A model generated the notes under the pieces. That model saw only the letters and a program-made list of their open reading frames with translations, was not told where the DNA came from and searched no databases. Made by a program: the position numbers and the translations under genes. A DNA stretch of 64,000 nt from Polyangiaceae bacterium (lineage in GTDB: Bacteria > Myxococcota_A > Polyangia > Polyangiales > Polyangiaceae), in NCBI GenBank assembly GCA_035634635.1, contig DASQCO010000075.1, forward strand, positions 3,382-67,381. Reading direction: 5' to 3'. This document shows positions 27,466-38,042 of this stretch, in pieces. Position 1 is the stretch's first letter. Every line of letters starts with the position of its first letter.

Positions 27466-28983
27466 CTACGGCGAGGAAGCTCGTCGTGAACGCACGCGGC
27501 GTCGCCGCATGAACGCGCCGCCCAGAATTAGTCCGAGCAACGGCAGGGCTCGCCGTTCCGCTCCCGGTCCGGGCACCGTGAACCCGCAGCTCGACGACGC
27601 ATCCGACGGATGTGCCTGCGACCCGGTGCCCCCGCGGGCGATCGTGCCGCCTTGGCCGTTTGTGCTTCCGCCAGCATGCGCGCCGCCAATCGCGACATTT
27701 CCGCCGTCATTTCCGGAATCGCCTGCACCTGCCGCGCCGCCTTCATCCGCACCAGTCGCGCCGGCCTGTTCGACCTCATCGCTGCGTCCGCCGCTCGCAG
27801 AGCTTCCACCAAAGGAAAAGCCGCCGCCGAACGAAATCGGGTTGGCTCCGCCTTGTCCGCCGCTGCCCGTGTGCGGTTTCGAGCAAACGCCGTTGCGGCA
27901 CTCCCCTCCGCTCGGACACACGATCCCCACGCACGGATCGACACACACTCCGGCGCGACACGTCAGGCCCGTCTCGCACATCGTGTTGGCGCACGCGGCG
28001 TCAATGCACCGCCCATCGCTGCCGCAACTCAACCCCGTGTCGCAGCCCCTGCAATCGCACTTCGCGACGCAAAGGCCCTGCTCACACACGCGCTCGCCGG
28101 GGCAATTCACGCCCGCACACGGATCCACACAAACACCAAGTTCACATTGCCGACCGTAGGGGCAAAGAACGCCTGCACACGGCTTGTCGACGCAGCCCCC
28201 GCACGGCACACACTTCCCGAAGGACAGCTGAGCACCGCGCAACTCGGATCGACGCAGCGACCGCTGTCGTCGCACGTGTTGCCGGTCGGACACGGGAATT
28301 CGCCGGTTTTGCAGCTCGCGACGCATGCCCCGTGAAAACACACTTTACCGCTCGCACACAGCCCATCGCCATCATCGACCAACCCGTTGCAGTCATTGTC
28401 GACGTTGTCGCAGCTCTCCGCGCTCGGGTGGTTCACCGGTTGGCAAGCGGGGATTTGTCCCTCCGGCGCACAACCGGTTCGCCCCACCGCACACGCGCCC
28501 TGCAGCCCAGTGTCACACGAGTGGTTGCCGCCCGCGCAAGTCAAACCAGATACGTAATAGACGAGATCGTTGAAATCACCGTCAGCGCCATCTTTGCCGC
28601 TCGAGGTCTGCTTCCAGTCCGCTGCAGACATGGGCTGATCTTCGAACGCGAAATAGAAGCCGCCCGTGTCGACCGTCGATTGGTAGATCAAGGTCGTGAC
28701 CCAGGGCACACCGCTCGCGTTGCGTGCGTTGTGCTCGAACATCGAGTACTTGTTGCTCGGACACCGGTTCGCATCGCCGATCGCGATTGATTACGGTGTT
28801 CGCGTTCCACGCCCCAGAGTCATTGACGAGATCGGCCTCTGCCCGAGGCACCGGTTGCGGCAGAGGCGTGGCCACGGCGTCCGTTTGGGTCACCTGCGCG
28901 GCGGCGGGTCCACTCGCGGCGAGCACGGCGACCACGAAACCGCACACCCCACAACTGCCCCGAAATCGACCCGAAACAAACAT
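27466..28983 (-). pseudogene. Disrupted DUF4114-like, Cys-rich MYXO-CTERM surface protein
   Basis: Three consecutive frames encode the signal peptide (AAAQVTQTD), then FAFED...DGDFND plus ESCDNVDNDCNG, then Cys repeats plus SSSCG...LLGLILGGAFMRRRR. Breaks fall near 28785 and 28200. Confidence 0.75.
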
Positions 28984-29063
28984 GGGATCCAATGTAACAC
29001 GATGACGAAGGACTAAGGGACGCAGACTCACGTCGCGTTCGCAACGCCGCACGCGTATCCGCG

Positions 29064-29408
29064 TCACGCCTTCTTGCGCGGTCGTTTCGGTCGCGGTGCG
29101 TTCGCGCGCGCGTGCGCGGCGAGAAGCGCCGCGTTGAAGGTCGCCGCGTCAATCGAGCGCAACTCACAGCGCGTCCAGCCCATTCGCCCCCAGCCTCCAG
29201 CAACCGGCTCAATGGCGTGAGGCGCGAGGCCGCAGAAGTGGCGCTGCTCGGCAGCATCGAGCATGAAATTCAAGTCTTCACCATTCAGCGCGAGCGTTGC
29301 GAACGTGCGCCGAGGAGTCCGAAATGCGACGCGATCGAAGTGCGGATACGAGCTCGCGTTCTCGAGCGAGAGCGCGAGCTCTTTGGCACGCTTCGCGGTA
29401 ACCGGCAT
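29064..29408 (-). CDS. MmcQ/YjbR family protein
   Basis: PHFDRVAFR, FATL and GGWGRMGWT motifs. Confidence 0.85.
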   Translation of the reverse strand: MPVTAKRAKELALSLENASSYPHFDRVAFRTPRRTFATLALNGEDLNFMLDAAEQRHFCGLAPHAIEPVAGGWGRMGWTRCELRSIDAATFNAALLAAHARANAPRPKRPRKKA

Positions 29409-29623
29409 GGCGCGAGCGTATCACGAGTTCACCGCCTGCCGCCGCAGCGCGTCACTTGGACAGTACGTAGGCAGTCACCCTTCTATCCTTTGGAGCGACG
29501 ATCAGCCGATGTCTGCCCACGCTCAATTCTCCGCCAATGGCTTCAGAATCGACGGCAAGGTGCGTGCTGATATCGACCGCATAGAGATTTGCATCGCTGG
29601 CTACGTATTGGTTCTCGCGCAGC

Positions 29624-30550
29624 TCAAAGAACTTGCCCGATACAAGTGTCAGCGGTGGCGAGCTTGCGGACGTACACAGCGCAGTGCCCCGTGCCGCTGG
29701 ATAGATCGCAATAGCTACTACCGCATTCTTCAGGGTAAATGCACGGCGTGCCATCGACCTCTTTTGGAGAGCACTGGCCAGATTTGCAATAGCTCGCCGT
29801 GGAGCATTTCACCTCGCTACTTTGGCAAGAACCGGAAGCGCGTGGAGCTTCACAGACATAGCGCTCGTTACAGAAAGCGTCGATCGCGCACTGGCTTTGG
29901 CCGGGACCGCACTCTTCGCCGAGCGCCGCGGGCTTCTTGCACTTGGACGTCAACGGGTCACATTCCAATCCGTCCTCGAGAAAGCAGATCGTGTTTGCGC
30001 TCGAACTACTGCAGTGATCTGGATTGTCGCAGGTACCGCCACAGCGCGCCCCAAGCTGGGCATGAGCGGTCGGAAAAGCGGTGCATACGGTAGGGCCGCC
30101 GTCACGCGAAGTGCAGTAGACGCCCTCGCCCGGCGATACCGGTGCGCACTGAGCGGTGCTCGAACACGCGCTACCTAGGGGAATCGTGCCGGTGAACAAA
30201 GTTGCACACGCGTTGAGCGCTTCGACCGTGATTGGACTGCAAGTCTCGAGCAAGCTCTCATAGGCAGCAACGCAGCGCGCTCCGGCGCCCGAGTCGTATT
30301 CGACGCCCGGATACTTGCCGGGGCTCAACAGAAAATCGATGCGTGCCGCCGCGTTCAATTGGCACGTGGCTTGGTCGAAATGAATCGCCGCTGCTGAACA
30401 GCAAGCGCCCATGTTGTCGCACACCGCGTGCAAGAGCTGATCTCGGAGTGTTACCAAGTCGGCACTCGGCCCTGTGGCGGTCGAACTTCCGCAGCCGGGT
30501 GCAGCGAGGACGACCAGCGTCGCGATCCAACATCCGAGACTGCACTTCAT
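29624..30550 (-). CDS. Cys-rich lipoprotein
   Basis: APGC lipobox and dense Cys spacing. Confidence 0.7.
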   Translation of the reverse strand: MKCSLGCWIATLVVLAAPGCGSSTATGPSADLVTLRDQLLHAVCDNMGACCSAAAIHFDQATCQLNAAARIDFLLSPGKYPGVEYDSGAGARCVAAYESLLETCSPITVEALNACATLFTGTIPLGSACSSTAQCAPVSPGEGVYCTSRDGGPTVCTAFPTAHAQLGARCGGTCDNPDHCSSSSANTICFLEDGLECDPLTSKCKKPAALGEECGPGQSQCAIDAFCNERYVCEAPRASGSCQSSEVKCSTASYCKSGQCSPKEVDGTPCIYPEECGSSYCDLSSGTGHCAVYVRKLATADTCIGQVL

Positions 30551-30709
30551 CTTTGCATCGAGCCTTGTGGGGTGGGACGCAGCGCGTGCCGCCCTCTTGC
30601 GCGCGGAACAGCACATACCATGAGGTGCGTTGCTGGATCGCGAGCGCCCACTCTTCCAAACAACCAGAGGTGGGCCATCGCTGCGATGACCCACCTCTGT
30701 TCCGTGACT

Positions 30710-32788
30710 TCACTGTACAGCGGGGGGAATGACACCTTTGTCGCGCGCGGTTTCGCAACCGCGATCGACGCCGGTGAGGCCGTCTTCGGTCTTGACGACT
30801 TTGAACTCGACGCGACGATTCTTTTCCCACGCGGCCGGGTTGGAGGCAGCGTCGAGCGGGCAGTATTCGCCGTAGCCTTGGGAGACGAGGCGGTTGCTCT
30901 GCACGCCGCGGGACTTGAGCGCGTCCATCACCGCTGCTGCGCGCAGGCGAGTGAGGTTCAAGTTGTAGGCGTCGGTGTTGCGTTCGTCGGCGTGGCCGGC
31001 GACTTCCAGCACCGTGAATTCGGGATGGCCTTTGAGCGTTGCGGCCACGGCGTCGAGGATGCCGTTCGATTGGGGCAGGATCTTGGCGCTACCGGTTTCG
31101 AACTGGACCTTTTCGAGGATCACGATGTCGTTGCCCTCGATGATGACCTTGCCCTTGTCGGGGCAGCCGTCTTGGTCTTGGAAGCCGTTGTAGGTCTCCG
31201 GCTCGTTCGGGCACTTGTCTTTGACGTCGGGGATTTGATCCTTGTCGTTGTCGGGATCGGGGCAGCCGTCAGTGTCTTCGAAGCCGTCTTTGTCCTCGGC
31301 GTCGTCAGGGCAGCTATCCTGCTTGTCCGGAATGCCGTCGTGATCGTTGTCCGGCTCGGGGCAGCCATCGAGATCCTCGAAGCCGTCCTTGTCTTCCGGA
31401 TCGTCCGGGCACTTGTCTTTCTTGTCCGGGATGCCGTCGCCGTCGCGGTCTCCGTCGCGATCGATCTCTGGGCAACCGTCGGTGTCGTGATCGCCGTCGA
31501 AGTCCTCCGGGACGTTCGGGCAGCGGTCATTCACGTCCAAGATGCCGTCGTTGTCGTTGTCGGGATCGGGGCAGCCGTCTTCGTCCTTGAAGCCGTCGAA
31601 GTCTTCCGGCTCGTCCGGGCACTGGTCTTGGTCGTCTTTGTAGCCGTCACCGTCGCGGTCGCCGATCGACGGCTCGTACACGAAGCCGAGCACCATGCGC
31701 ACGTCCGCGGCTTCGAAGCCGGTGGAGAACGCGCGGCTACCGGCGCCCATCATCAGGTAGCTGTTCTGTTCGATGAACAGCTTGATGCCGCCCAGGAACT
31801 CGTTGCTGAACTTTTGCTTGCTGTCGGATTTGCCACCGAGCTGGTAGGTCGCGTACGACTCAGCAACGAGATCCAGCGCGTCCAATACGCGATAGGAGAG
31901 GCCGAAGTTGTAGGTACCGAGGTTCGAATACTCGAACGTGCCCTCTTTGAGTTGGGACTGGCCCGCGGCGTTCTCGAAGCGCGGGTTGTTGCCCGCGTGA
32001 CCGCGAAAGCCGACGTTCAAACCGAGCTTGAACCTGCGCTCGGCTCCGAATTGGTTTTCGATGACGAATTGCGGCCAGTACCAAAACTTGGGATCAGCCC
32101 CCAAGTCACGCGGGGCACCGGAGATGGGAATGCCGGCCTGGAGCAGGACGGCCAAACCGATGCCGCGATCGACGCGAGTGAGGCGGAGCTTGCCGTGGAG
32201 CGCGAGAAAGCTGAGCTTCTGCGAATCCAGCTTGGCGGAGTTATATAAGCCGGTGTCGTTCCGGCCGATGTTGTAGGCCACATCGCCCGTCATCAGGTTT
32301 ACGGGGATGCTCAAGCCGACGGTGGCCATGTTGGCGACGCCGTAGTTGAAGCCGAAAGTGCCCTGAAACGAGTTCTGCACCAGCGCTTTGACGCCTGCGC
32401 CCTCGCCGCCGATCATTGAGCAGTTCTCGTCGACGCATTGGTCCATGTGCTCGACGCCGTCGATATCCGTAAACGTGCCCTGTGGCACTTTGCTCGACCG
32501 GGTGCGCATCAACGCGTGGCCGTAATCCAAGACCAGGCCGAAGCTGACATTGCCCGCGCCGAGGATGTCCGAACCGTTGACCGAGAAAAAGCCTTTGGAA
32601 TCGATGGCAGGACGAAACAGGTGCGTGTCCATGCCGTCGCCATTGCTGGCGGGTGCACGCGTGGGTGACGCGAACTGAGCCTCAGCGACCCGAGGAATGA
32701 CAGTCGACGCGAGAGCGAGCGCTGCGCTGAGGGATGCAGCCGGCAGCAAACCTGCCCGCTGAAGCCTGGTGATCCGCATCCGCCGCAT
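30710..32788 (-). CDS. OmpA-family outer-membrane protein with thrombospondin type-3 repeats (TraB-like architecture)
   Basis: Signal peptide, beta-strand N-domain, repeated DxCPDxPEDxDGFxDxDGCP, and OmpA C-domain (FETGSA, GHAD, NRRVEF). Confidence 0.9.
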   Translation of the reverse strand: MRRMRITRLQRAGLLPAASLSAALALASTVIPRVAEAQFASPTRAPASNGDGMDTHLFRPAIDSKGFFSVNGSDILGAGNVSFGLVLDYGHALMRTRSSKVPQGTFTDIDGVEHMDQCVDENCSMIGGEGAGVKALVQNSFQGTFGFNYGVANMATVGLSIPVNLMTGDVAYNIGRNDTGLYNSAKLDSQKLSFLALHGKLRLTRVDRGIGLAVLLQAGIPISGAPRDLGADPKFWYWPQFVIENQFGAERRFKLGLNVGFRGHAGNNPRFENAAGQSQLKEGTFEYSNLGTYNFGLSYRVLDALDLVAESYATYQLGGKSDSKQKFSNEFLGGIKLFIEQNSYLMMGAGSRAFSTGFEAADVRMVLGFVYEPSIGDRDGDGYKDDQDQCPDEPEDFDGFKDEDGCPDPDNDNDGILDVNDRCPNVPEDFDGDHDTDGCPEIDRDGDRDGDGIPDKKDKCPDDPEDKDGFEDLDGCPEPDNDHDGIPDKQDSCPDDAEDKDGFEDTDGCPDPDNDKDQIPDVKDKCPNEPETYNGFQDQDGCPDKGKVIIEGNDIVILEKVQFETGSAKILPQSNGILDAVAATLKGHPEFTVLEVAGHADERNTDAYNLNLTRLRAAAVMDALKSRGVQSNRLVSQGYGEYCPLDAASNPAAWEKNRRVEFKVVKTEDGLTGVDRGCETARDKGVIPPAVQ

Positions 32789-33085
32789 GCTTCGTAACCC
32801 TTTCGTGTCGCTGAAGTCTGGGAAATCTTAGAGCTTTAGCGAGGAGCGACCGTAGCATCCTGGAAATTGCCGTGTCAACGTGGGCGTTCGCGCTCAGCGC
32901 GGCATCGCACTCGACTATCTTCATTGTTTTGGCTCGCTCGGCTCGCCCTCGCGCGGCTCGCTCGGCCTCGCCGTCAGCACACGCCGCACTAGCCCACTAG
33001 CCTAGCCACGGTTCGTGACGTTACTCTCGATGTGCCAGGCGCTCCGCAATCGTCCGAACGTCCAAACGTCAGAGCGCGCAGGTCA

Positions 33086-34621
33086 ATGTCCAGAATGCGC
33101 CGATTGTCGCTGCTGAAGTTCCTGATCGCCTGTTTGCTGTGTGCACTCACAGGCTCCGCACGCGCACAGTCACCGACGCTTGCCGGGCGTTGGAGCGCGA
33201 CCCCCATGCGCTCCGATTGGATCATCGGCGAGTGGGGCAAGGCCTGCGGTCCGACGCCCAGCGGTGGCGGCGCCCCTGGCGGCAGCGTGACCATCACCTC
33301 GAGCGGGAATGAGCTGCATTTCAGCGGCGCGGGCCGCGACTTTTCCACGACCGAGTGTTGGGAACAGTTCCCCGGTCTGTCGCGCATGAGTCATAGCGGC
33401 GGTCAGCGCGGTTGGCGAAGCACTTGCAAAACCAAGGCCGGTGATCCGCGACAAGCCACGCTCGTGACGACCATGAGCGCGACCGACAACCTGATTTCGT
33501 TCGACGAAACCGGGCAATATCAATTCGTCATCACCGGGCAGAACTGCACCGCGAGTGTGCGCCGAACGCGCAGTTTGTCGCTCGTGCAGCGTGAGGGTGA
33601 AAGCGCGCCCGTCGCCAACACCGCGCCAATCGCGCCGACGCCAACCGCGACCGCAGTGGCGAGCGCCGCTCCCGTAGCCACGCCGCCGAGCATCGCGGCA
33701 CCTGCAGCAAAAGTTTGCAAGGTTCCTGGACCCCCCGAGCGATTCGAAGTGCGCCCCGCGCGCAAGCTGCTGCGTCCAGGCGACAGCTTCGAGTTCCACA
33801 CGTCGGTGCTCGACGCTGCTGGTTGTGCGGTTCAGGTATCACCCTTGTGGAAGGTCGTCGGCGATCACCCGCCGCTCGAGCTGTCCGGACCTGGACGGGT
33901 CAAAGTCCCGGACAGCGCGGCTGAGTCGACGGTCGAGCTGCTCGCGACACTTGCGGGCCATTCCGCTCGCGTGACGATCGAGATCGCTTCGAAGGAGCGT
34001 TACGACGCACTCCTCGCGCAAAACGGATTGAACGCCAATGGCGAATCGAGCGACGCGGCGGTGGCGCGCATCGCCACCTCGGCGCTCGGCGGTGGCAGCG
34101 TGGTCACGCGCGACGACTCACAACGCCGCCGCATCATCTTCGTGGGTGTGGTGGGAGGAACTGCGTTGGTGCTGGGTCTGCTTGGCTTTGCACTCGTGCA
34201 ACACAGCCGCAGAAAACCGCTCGAGCCAGAACCGCGTCCACCGCGACAGCGCCCGTCGACCTCGATCACCCCCAACCACCTGCCTGCGCTCGGCAAAGTG
34301 TGTCCGACTTGTCGCGAGGAGTACCCCCCAGAAGCGGGCTTTTGTCCGAACGACGGCAATCGCCTGGTCCCGATTCGGGGAAACGCCGAACCGACTGGAC
34401 CGAGCGGCGGGGTCTGCCCCGTCTGTGGCCAAGGGTACGACCCCGGCGTACTGATCTGCCCGAAGCATGGTGAAGAGCTGTTACCTGCGGCGATGCAGGC
34501 GGGGGTACGCCCGAACGACACCGTCCCCACGAAAAAGATCTGCCCCGTGTGCGGCAAGCAATATACTGGTGATAGTCAGTTCTGCGGCGGCTGCGGCGCC
34601 GCGCTCGTACCAGTCAATTGA
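33086..34621 (+). CDS. Single-pass membrane protein with extracytoplasmic domains and three C-terminal zinc ribbons
   Basis: Signal peptide, TM IIFVGVVGGTALVLGLLGFAL, then CPTC..CPND, CPVC..CPKH and CPVC..CGGC. Confidence 0.75.
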   Translation: MSRMRRLSLLKFLIACLLCALTGSARAQSPTLAGRWSATPMRSDWIIGEWGKACGPTPSGGGAPGGSVTITSSGNELHFSGAGRDFSTTECWEQFPGLSRMSHSGGQRGWRSTCKTKAGDPRQATLVTTMSATDNLISFDETGQYQFVITGQNCTASVRRTRSLSLVQREGESAPVANTAPIAPTPTATAVASAAPVATPPSIAAPAAKVCKVPGPPERFEVRPARKLLRPGDSFEFHTSVLDAAGCAVQVSPLWKVVGDHPPLELSGPGRVKVPDSAAESTVELLATLAGHSARVTIEIASKERYDALLAQNGLNANGESSDAAVARIATSALGGGSVVTRDDSQRRRIIFVGVVGGTALVLGLLGFALVQHSRRKPLEPEPRPPRQRPSTSITPNHLPALGKVCPTCREEYPPEAGFCPNDGNRLVPIRGNAEPTGPSGGVCPVCGQGYDPGVLICPKHGEELLPAAMQAGVRPNDTVPTKKICPVCGKQYTGDSQFCGGCGAALVPVN

Positions 34622-34704
34622 ACAATCGATGAACGCAGCCGAGCCCTTGGCGAAAGCCGCCGATGTAGCTTCGGCTATGCAGAGTTTGCTAAGGTCCCGC
34701 CGCG

Positions 34705-36207
34705 ATGAAGATAGCCTGTGAGTCGTGCGGCGCCAAATACACGATCGCTGACGACAAAGTTCGGGGTAGACGAGTCAAGATCCGCTGTAAAGGTTGCGGA
34801 ACTCCGATCGTAGTAGACGGACAACCTAGTGGTGCACCAAGTATTTCCGATGCCGAGACTGATGCCGCACTCGAAGCCGAGGCGCCCGTGACCTGGTCTG
34901 TGAATCTCAGCGAGACTGATTCGCGCACGATGAGCACCGAAGAGATCGTGGCCGCGTACGCTTCAGGCGTAATCACCGCGGACGCCTTCGTGTGGAAGGA
35001 CGGCATGGGGGATTGGGTGCCACTGCTCGAGTCCGAGTTGGCGCCTCTTCTCGCTGCCCCGGCTCAAGCCGCCGCGGGTGGCGCACGCGGTGCGGTGTAC
35101 GCAGCCGCTCAGCCGCAAGCTGCGCGCCCGGCGGCGACTGCAAAGGCACAGCCCAACACCCATGATTTGTTCGGCAGCCTCGAAACCGCTGGGTCGGAAG
35201 AAGCCGCCAGTAGCGCGCCGAGCGTTCCGCAAGCCGGCAGCAGCGCCTACGATGACGGCAAGATGACCGGTGCGCGCAACGAAAACTCGGTATTGTTTTC
35301 GCTGGATGCGCTGAAAGCAGGCTTTTCGCCGAGCGCGCCGAGCACGTCCAAGTCTTCGCCGAAGGCGCCAGGCAAGTCCGGCCCAGGTGCCGTGCGTCCT
35401 CAGCAACCGTCGAATCCGGACGACCCGTTCGGAATGAGCGCCGCCTCCGGTCTGATGGGCGGCGGCGGTGCGCTGTTCGGTGCGGATAATCACGCGTTGA
35501 TGAACGCGCCTGCGCCGCCGCCACCACCGGTGGCGCCCCCGCCCTCGGCGTTCGCGGCCGGCGCGATGCCCGCCGCATACGCGCCGCCCAAGAACAACAA
35601 GCTCGTCTACATCGTGGGCGGCGTGAGCGGCGTAGTGATCATCGGACTGCTGGTTGCTCTGCTCTCGGGCAAGAAGAGCGATACCAGCGCTGCCAACTCG
35701 ACAGCGGCGAGCGCGAGCGCGACCACCGCTGCTGTCGCCGAAAAGCCTGCTGAAGAGCCGAAAAAAGAAGAGCCCAAGAAGGAAGAGCCCACCGCCACGG
35801 CGCCGAGTGCCAGCGCGTCCGCGAGTGCGGCGCCGAGCGTGAGCGCAGCTGCGCCCGGCAAAGCCGTGGCGTCAACCGGCGGCGGCGCTGTCGCGACGAC
35901 CAAGAAGAAGGAAGAAGCTCCGCCGCCCGCGGATGCTCCGCCCTTCAGCAAGGCGTCTGCGATCTCCGCGCTCACGGCTGCGGCAGGTTCGGCAGGTGCC
36001 TGTAAGAAACCCGGCGGTCCGACGGGCCCCGGTAAAGCCACGGTCACTTTCGCGCCCAGCGGTCGCGTCACCACGGCGACCGTCGCGGGCGGCTCGTACG
36101 CGGGCACCGCGGTGGGCGGCTGTGTCGCATCCGCATTCCGTCGCGCGCACGTGCCGGCATTCAGCGGCTCTGCGGTGACGGTGTCGAAGAGCTTTCAGAT
36201 CAACTGA
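34705..36207 (+). CDS. Zinc-ribbon/GYF_2/TM/TonB-C-like protein (AgmX/GltJ-like architecture)
   Basis: CESCGAKY...CKGC, VWKDGMGDW, NENSVLFSL, a TM segment and VTFAPSGRV...GCV...VPAFSG. Confidence 0.8.
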   Translation: MKIACESCGAKYTIADDKVRGRRVKIRCKGCGTPIVVDGQPSGAPSISDAETDAALEAEAPVTWSVNLSETDSRTMSTEEIVAAYASGVITADAFVWKDGMGDWVPLLESELAPLLAAPAQAAAGGARGAVYAAAQPQAARPAATAKAQPNTHDLFGSLETAGSEEAASSAPSVPQAGSSAYDDGKMTGARNENSVLFSLDALKAGFSPSAPSTSKSSPKAPGKSGPGAVRPQQPSNPDDPFGMSAASGLMGGGGALFGADNHALMNAPAPPPPPVAPPPSAFAAGAMPAAYAPPKNNKLVYIVGGVSGVVIIGLLVALLSGKKSDTSAANSTAASASATTAAVAEKPAEEPKKEEPKKEEPTATAPSASASASAAPSVSAAAPGKAVASTGGGAVATTKKKEEAPPPADAPPFSKASAISALTAAAGSAGACKKPGGPTGPGKATVTFAPSGRVTTATVAGGSYAGTAVGGCVASAFRRAHVPAFSGSAVTVSKSFQIN

Positions 36208-36214
36208 AGCGCGG

Positions 36215-37669
36215 TCATTCGCCGCGCTTCACGCGCGCGATCCACTCTTTCAAAATCGGTTGATTGGGATCGATCGCGCGTGCGCGCTCGAGCTCGGCGA
36301 GCGCGCTCTCCTGAAGGTTTGCGGCGAAGTAGACCCGCGCCAGCGTGAACCGGCACTTGGCGCTGTTCGGCGCGAGCGCCACGGCCTGCTTGGCGAGCTT
36401 GCTGGCTTTGCGTAGGTCACCGTTGGCTTCGAGCAAGTAATGCGCTGCGCGCTCGAACAGAGCAGGGTTATGGGGCTGGCCCAGCGCTGCACGTTCATAA
36501 GCTTCTGCGGCCTCGGCGTGGTTGCCTTCCACCGCCGCATACTTCGCGCGATCCAGGTACGATTCCCACAGGCTCTCGGCCACCCGCCGCTCCAGCTCTG
36601 CCAAGTCACCCGCTAGCTCCAGGTTGTCTGGGGCGAGCGAGCAAGCAATGCGCAAGGTGTTGGCGGCCGCGACGAGATCGTTCTGCGCAGCAGCTTCAGC
36701 GGACAGCGCGACGTAATGTTTGATTTGATCCTCGCGCGCTTGGGTCATGCGCTGTTCGTAGCGGTGCCGGAGCTCGTCCGCTGCGCGCGAGGCGTCGCTG
36801 ACCGCAGCCATCTGTTGGGAGGCGCTGGGCGGCATGGAGTGCCCGAGCTTGCGTGCCAGCGCTCGGCGCCGAGCGTCCGGATCACTCGGAGGGACCGACG
36901 AAGCGCGCCGCAAGCTATCTGCGGAGCTCGGCCGGGAAACGGGAGGAACGGACGCCGACATGGGCGGCGCAGCGGAGTTCGAAGCAGGCGCGTTCGAAGC
37001 GGGCGCATGCTCCTGCGGCGCCGAGTCTTGGAAATAGCGATCGAAGTCGACCGTACGCCGACGTGCGCCGAGGTAACGATCGTACTCGGCGCGCGTCTCG
37101 CTACGATGCAGCACTTCGTACGCTTCGCTGAACTTGCCGAACACACGCGTCAGCGGCGCCTCGAAGTCGCCGAGCTGTTTACCGAAGTAGCGATCGGGAT
37201 GATAGACGCGCACGAGCTCATAGTACGCGGCACGAATGGTCTTCGCGTCAGCGCTCGCCTCGATGCCGAGCAGCTGATAGTGGTCGAGCGAGGCGTGGCG
37301 CCGATCGAGCTCCAAGAGCCGTTGCTGTTGCTCCGGGGTCAACTCATTCGCGCCCTCGTTGCGAACGGCGAGCGGAATCGAATGTGAACCGGAGCGCTGC
37401 GTGGACGACTGAATCGGCGACACCATCGATGTTCGCTCTGCGACCTCGAGCGCCCCGAGCAGGATCAGACGCGCAACGATGCACTCGACTTCTTCTGCGC
37501 TGAGGCCAGTGGCGGTCACCAGCTCGGCCTTCGTGATCGACCCTTCGACGCGCGAAAGGACGAACGCCTCGGACGGACCGATCGGGAGATCGCGCATGCT
37601 GACGCCACTGACCAGTGTCAGTGCGCAATCACGAATGCTTTCGCCTACGGTTGATTCTCCCCGAACCAT
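36215..37669 (-). CDS. DnaJ-domain and TPR protein
   Basis: HYQLLGI...YHPDRY J-domain and C-terminal TPRs. Confidence 0.85.
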   Translation of the reverse strand: MVRGESTVGESIRDCALTLVSGVSMRDLPIGPSEAFVLSRVEGSITKAELVTATGLSAEEVECIVARLILLGALEVAERTSMVSPIQSSTQRSGSHSIPLAVRNEGANELTPEQQQRLLELDRRHASLDHYQLLGIEASADAKTIRAAYYELVRVYHPDRYFGKQLGDFEAPLTRVFGKFSEAYEVLHRSETRAEYDRYLGARRRTVDFDRYFQDSAPQEHAPASNAPASNSAAPPMSASVPPVSRPSSADSLRRASSVPPSDPDARRRALARKLGHSMPPSASQQMAAVSDASRAADELRHRYEQRMTQAREDQIKHYVALSAEAAAQNDLVAAANTLRIACSLAPDNLELAGDLAELERRVAESLWESYLDRAKYAAVEGNHAEAAEAYERAALGQPHNPALFERAAHYLLEANGDLRKASKLAKQAVALAPNSAKCRFTLARVYFAANLQESALAELERARAIDPNQPILKEWIARVKRGE

Positions 37670-38042
37670 CGCGCCACCATTCTGGAACAGCGGGAGCGAG
37701 CTGTCGCCCGTAAACCGCCTCGTTACAAAACAGTCATCGCCGCCGCCCGTCGAAGTACGAGCACGACAAGATTCCTAGGGGACCGCGGTCCGTCCTCGTT
37801 GCGCGTAGAAATATCCGTTTTCGGCCGGCACAAGGCTAGTGAGATTCGGTAGATCAATAAAATCTCACCGTGCGCTTCATCGGCGCGCGCTCGGGCGGAC
37901 ACGCCGGCGAAAATGCAACGACTCTAGCTTTCGCCACGCAGCCCAATATTTGGGGCGAATCGTGCGATTTCTGCGTCGCCGCGGCTGTCCGGCCGAACTC
38001 GGGCCGCTCCGATTGCCGTCATACTGCACTGCGAGAACGCGT

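Noticed and set aside
32930-32975. GGCTCGCTCGG short repeats in a divergent promoter region
   Set aside because: Too short and low-complexity to assign a function.
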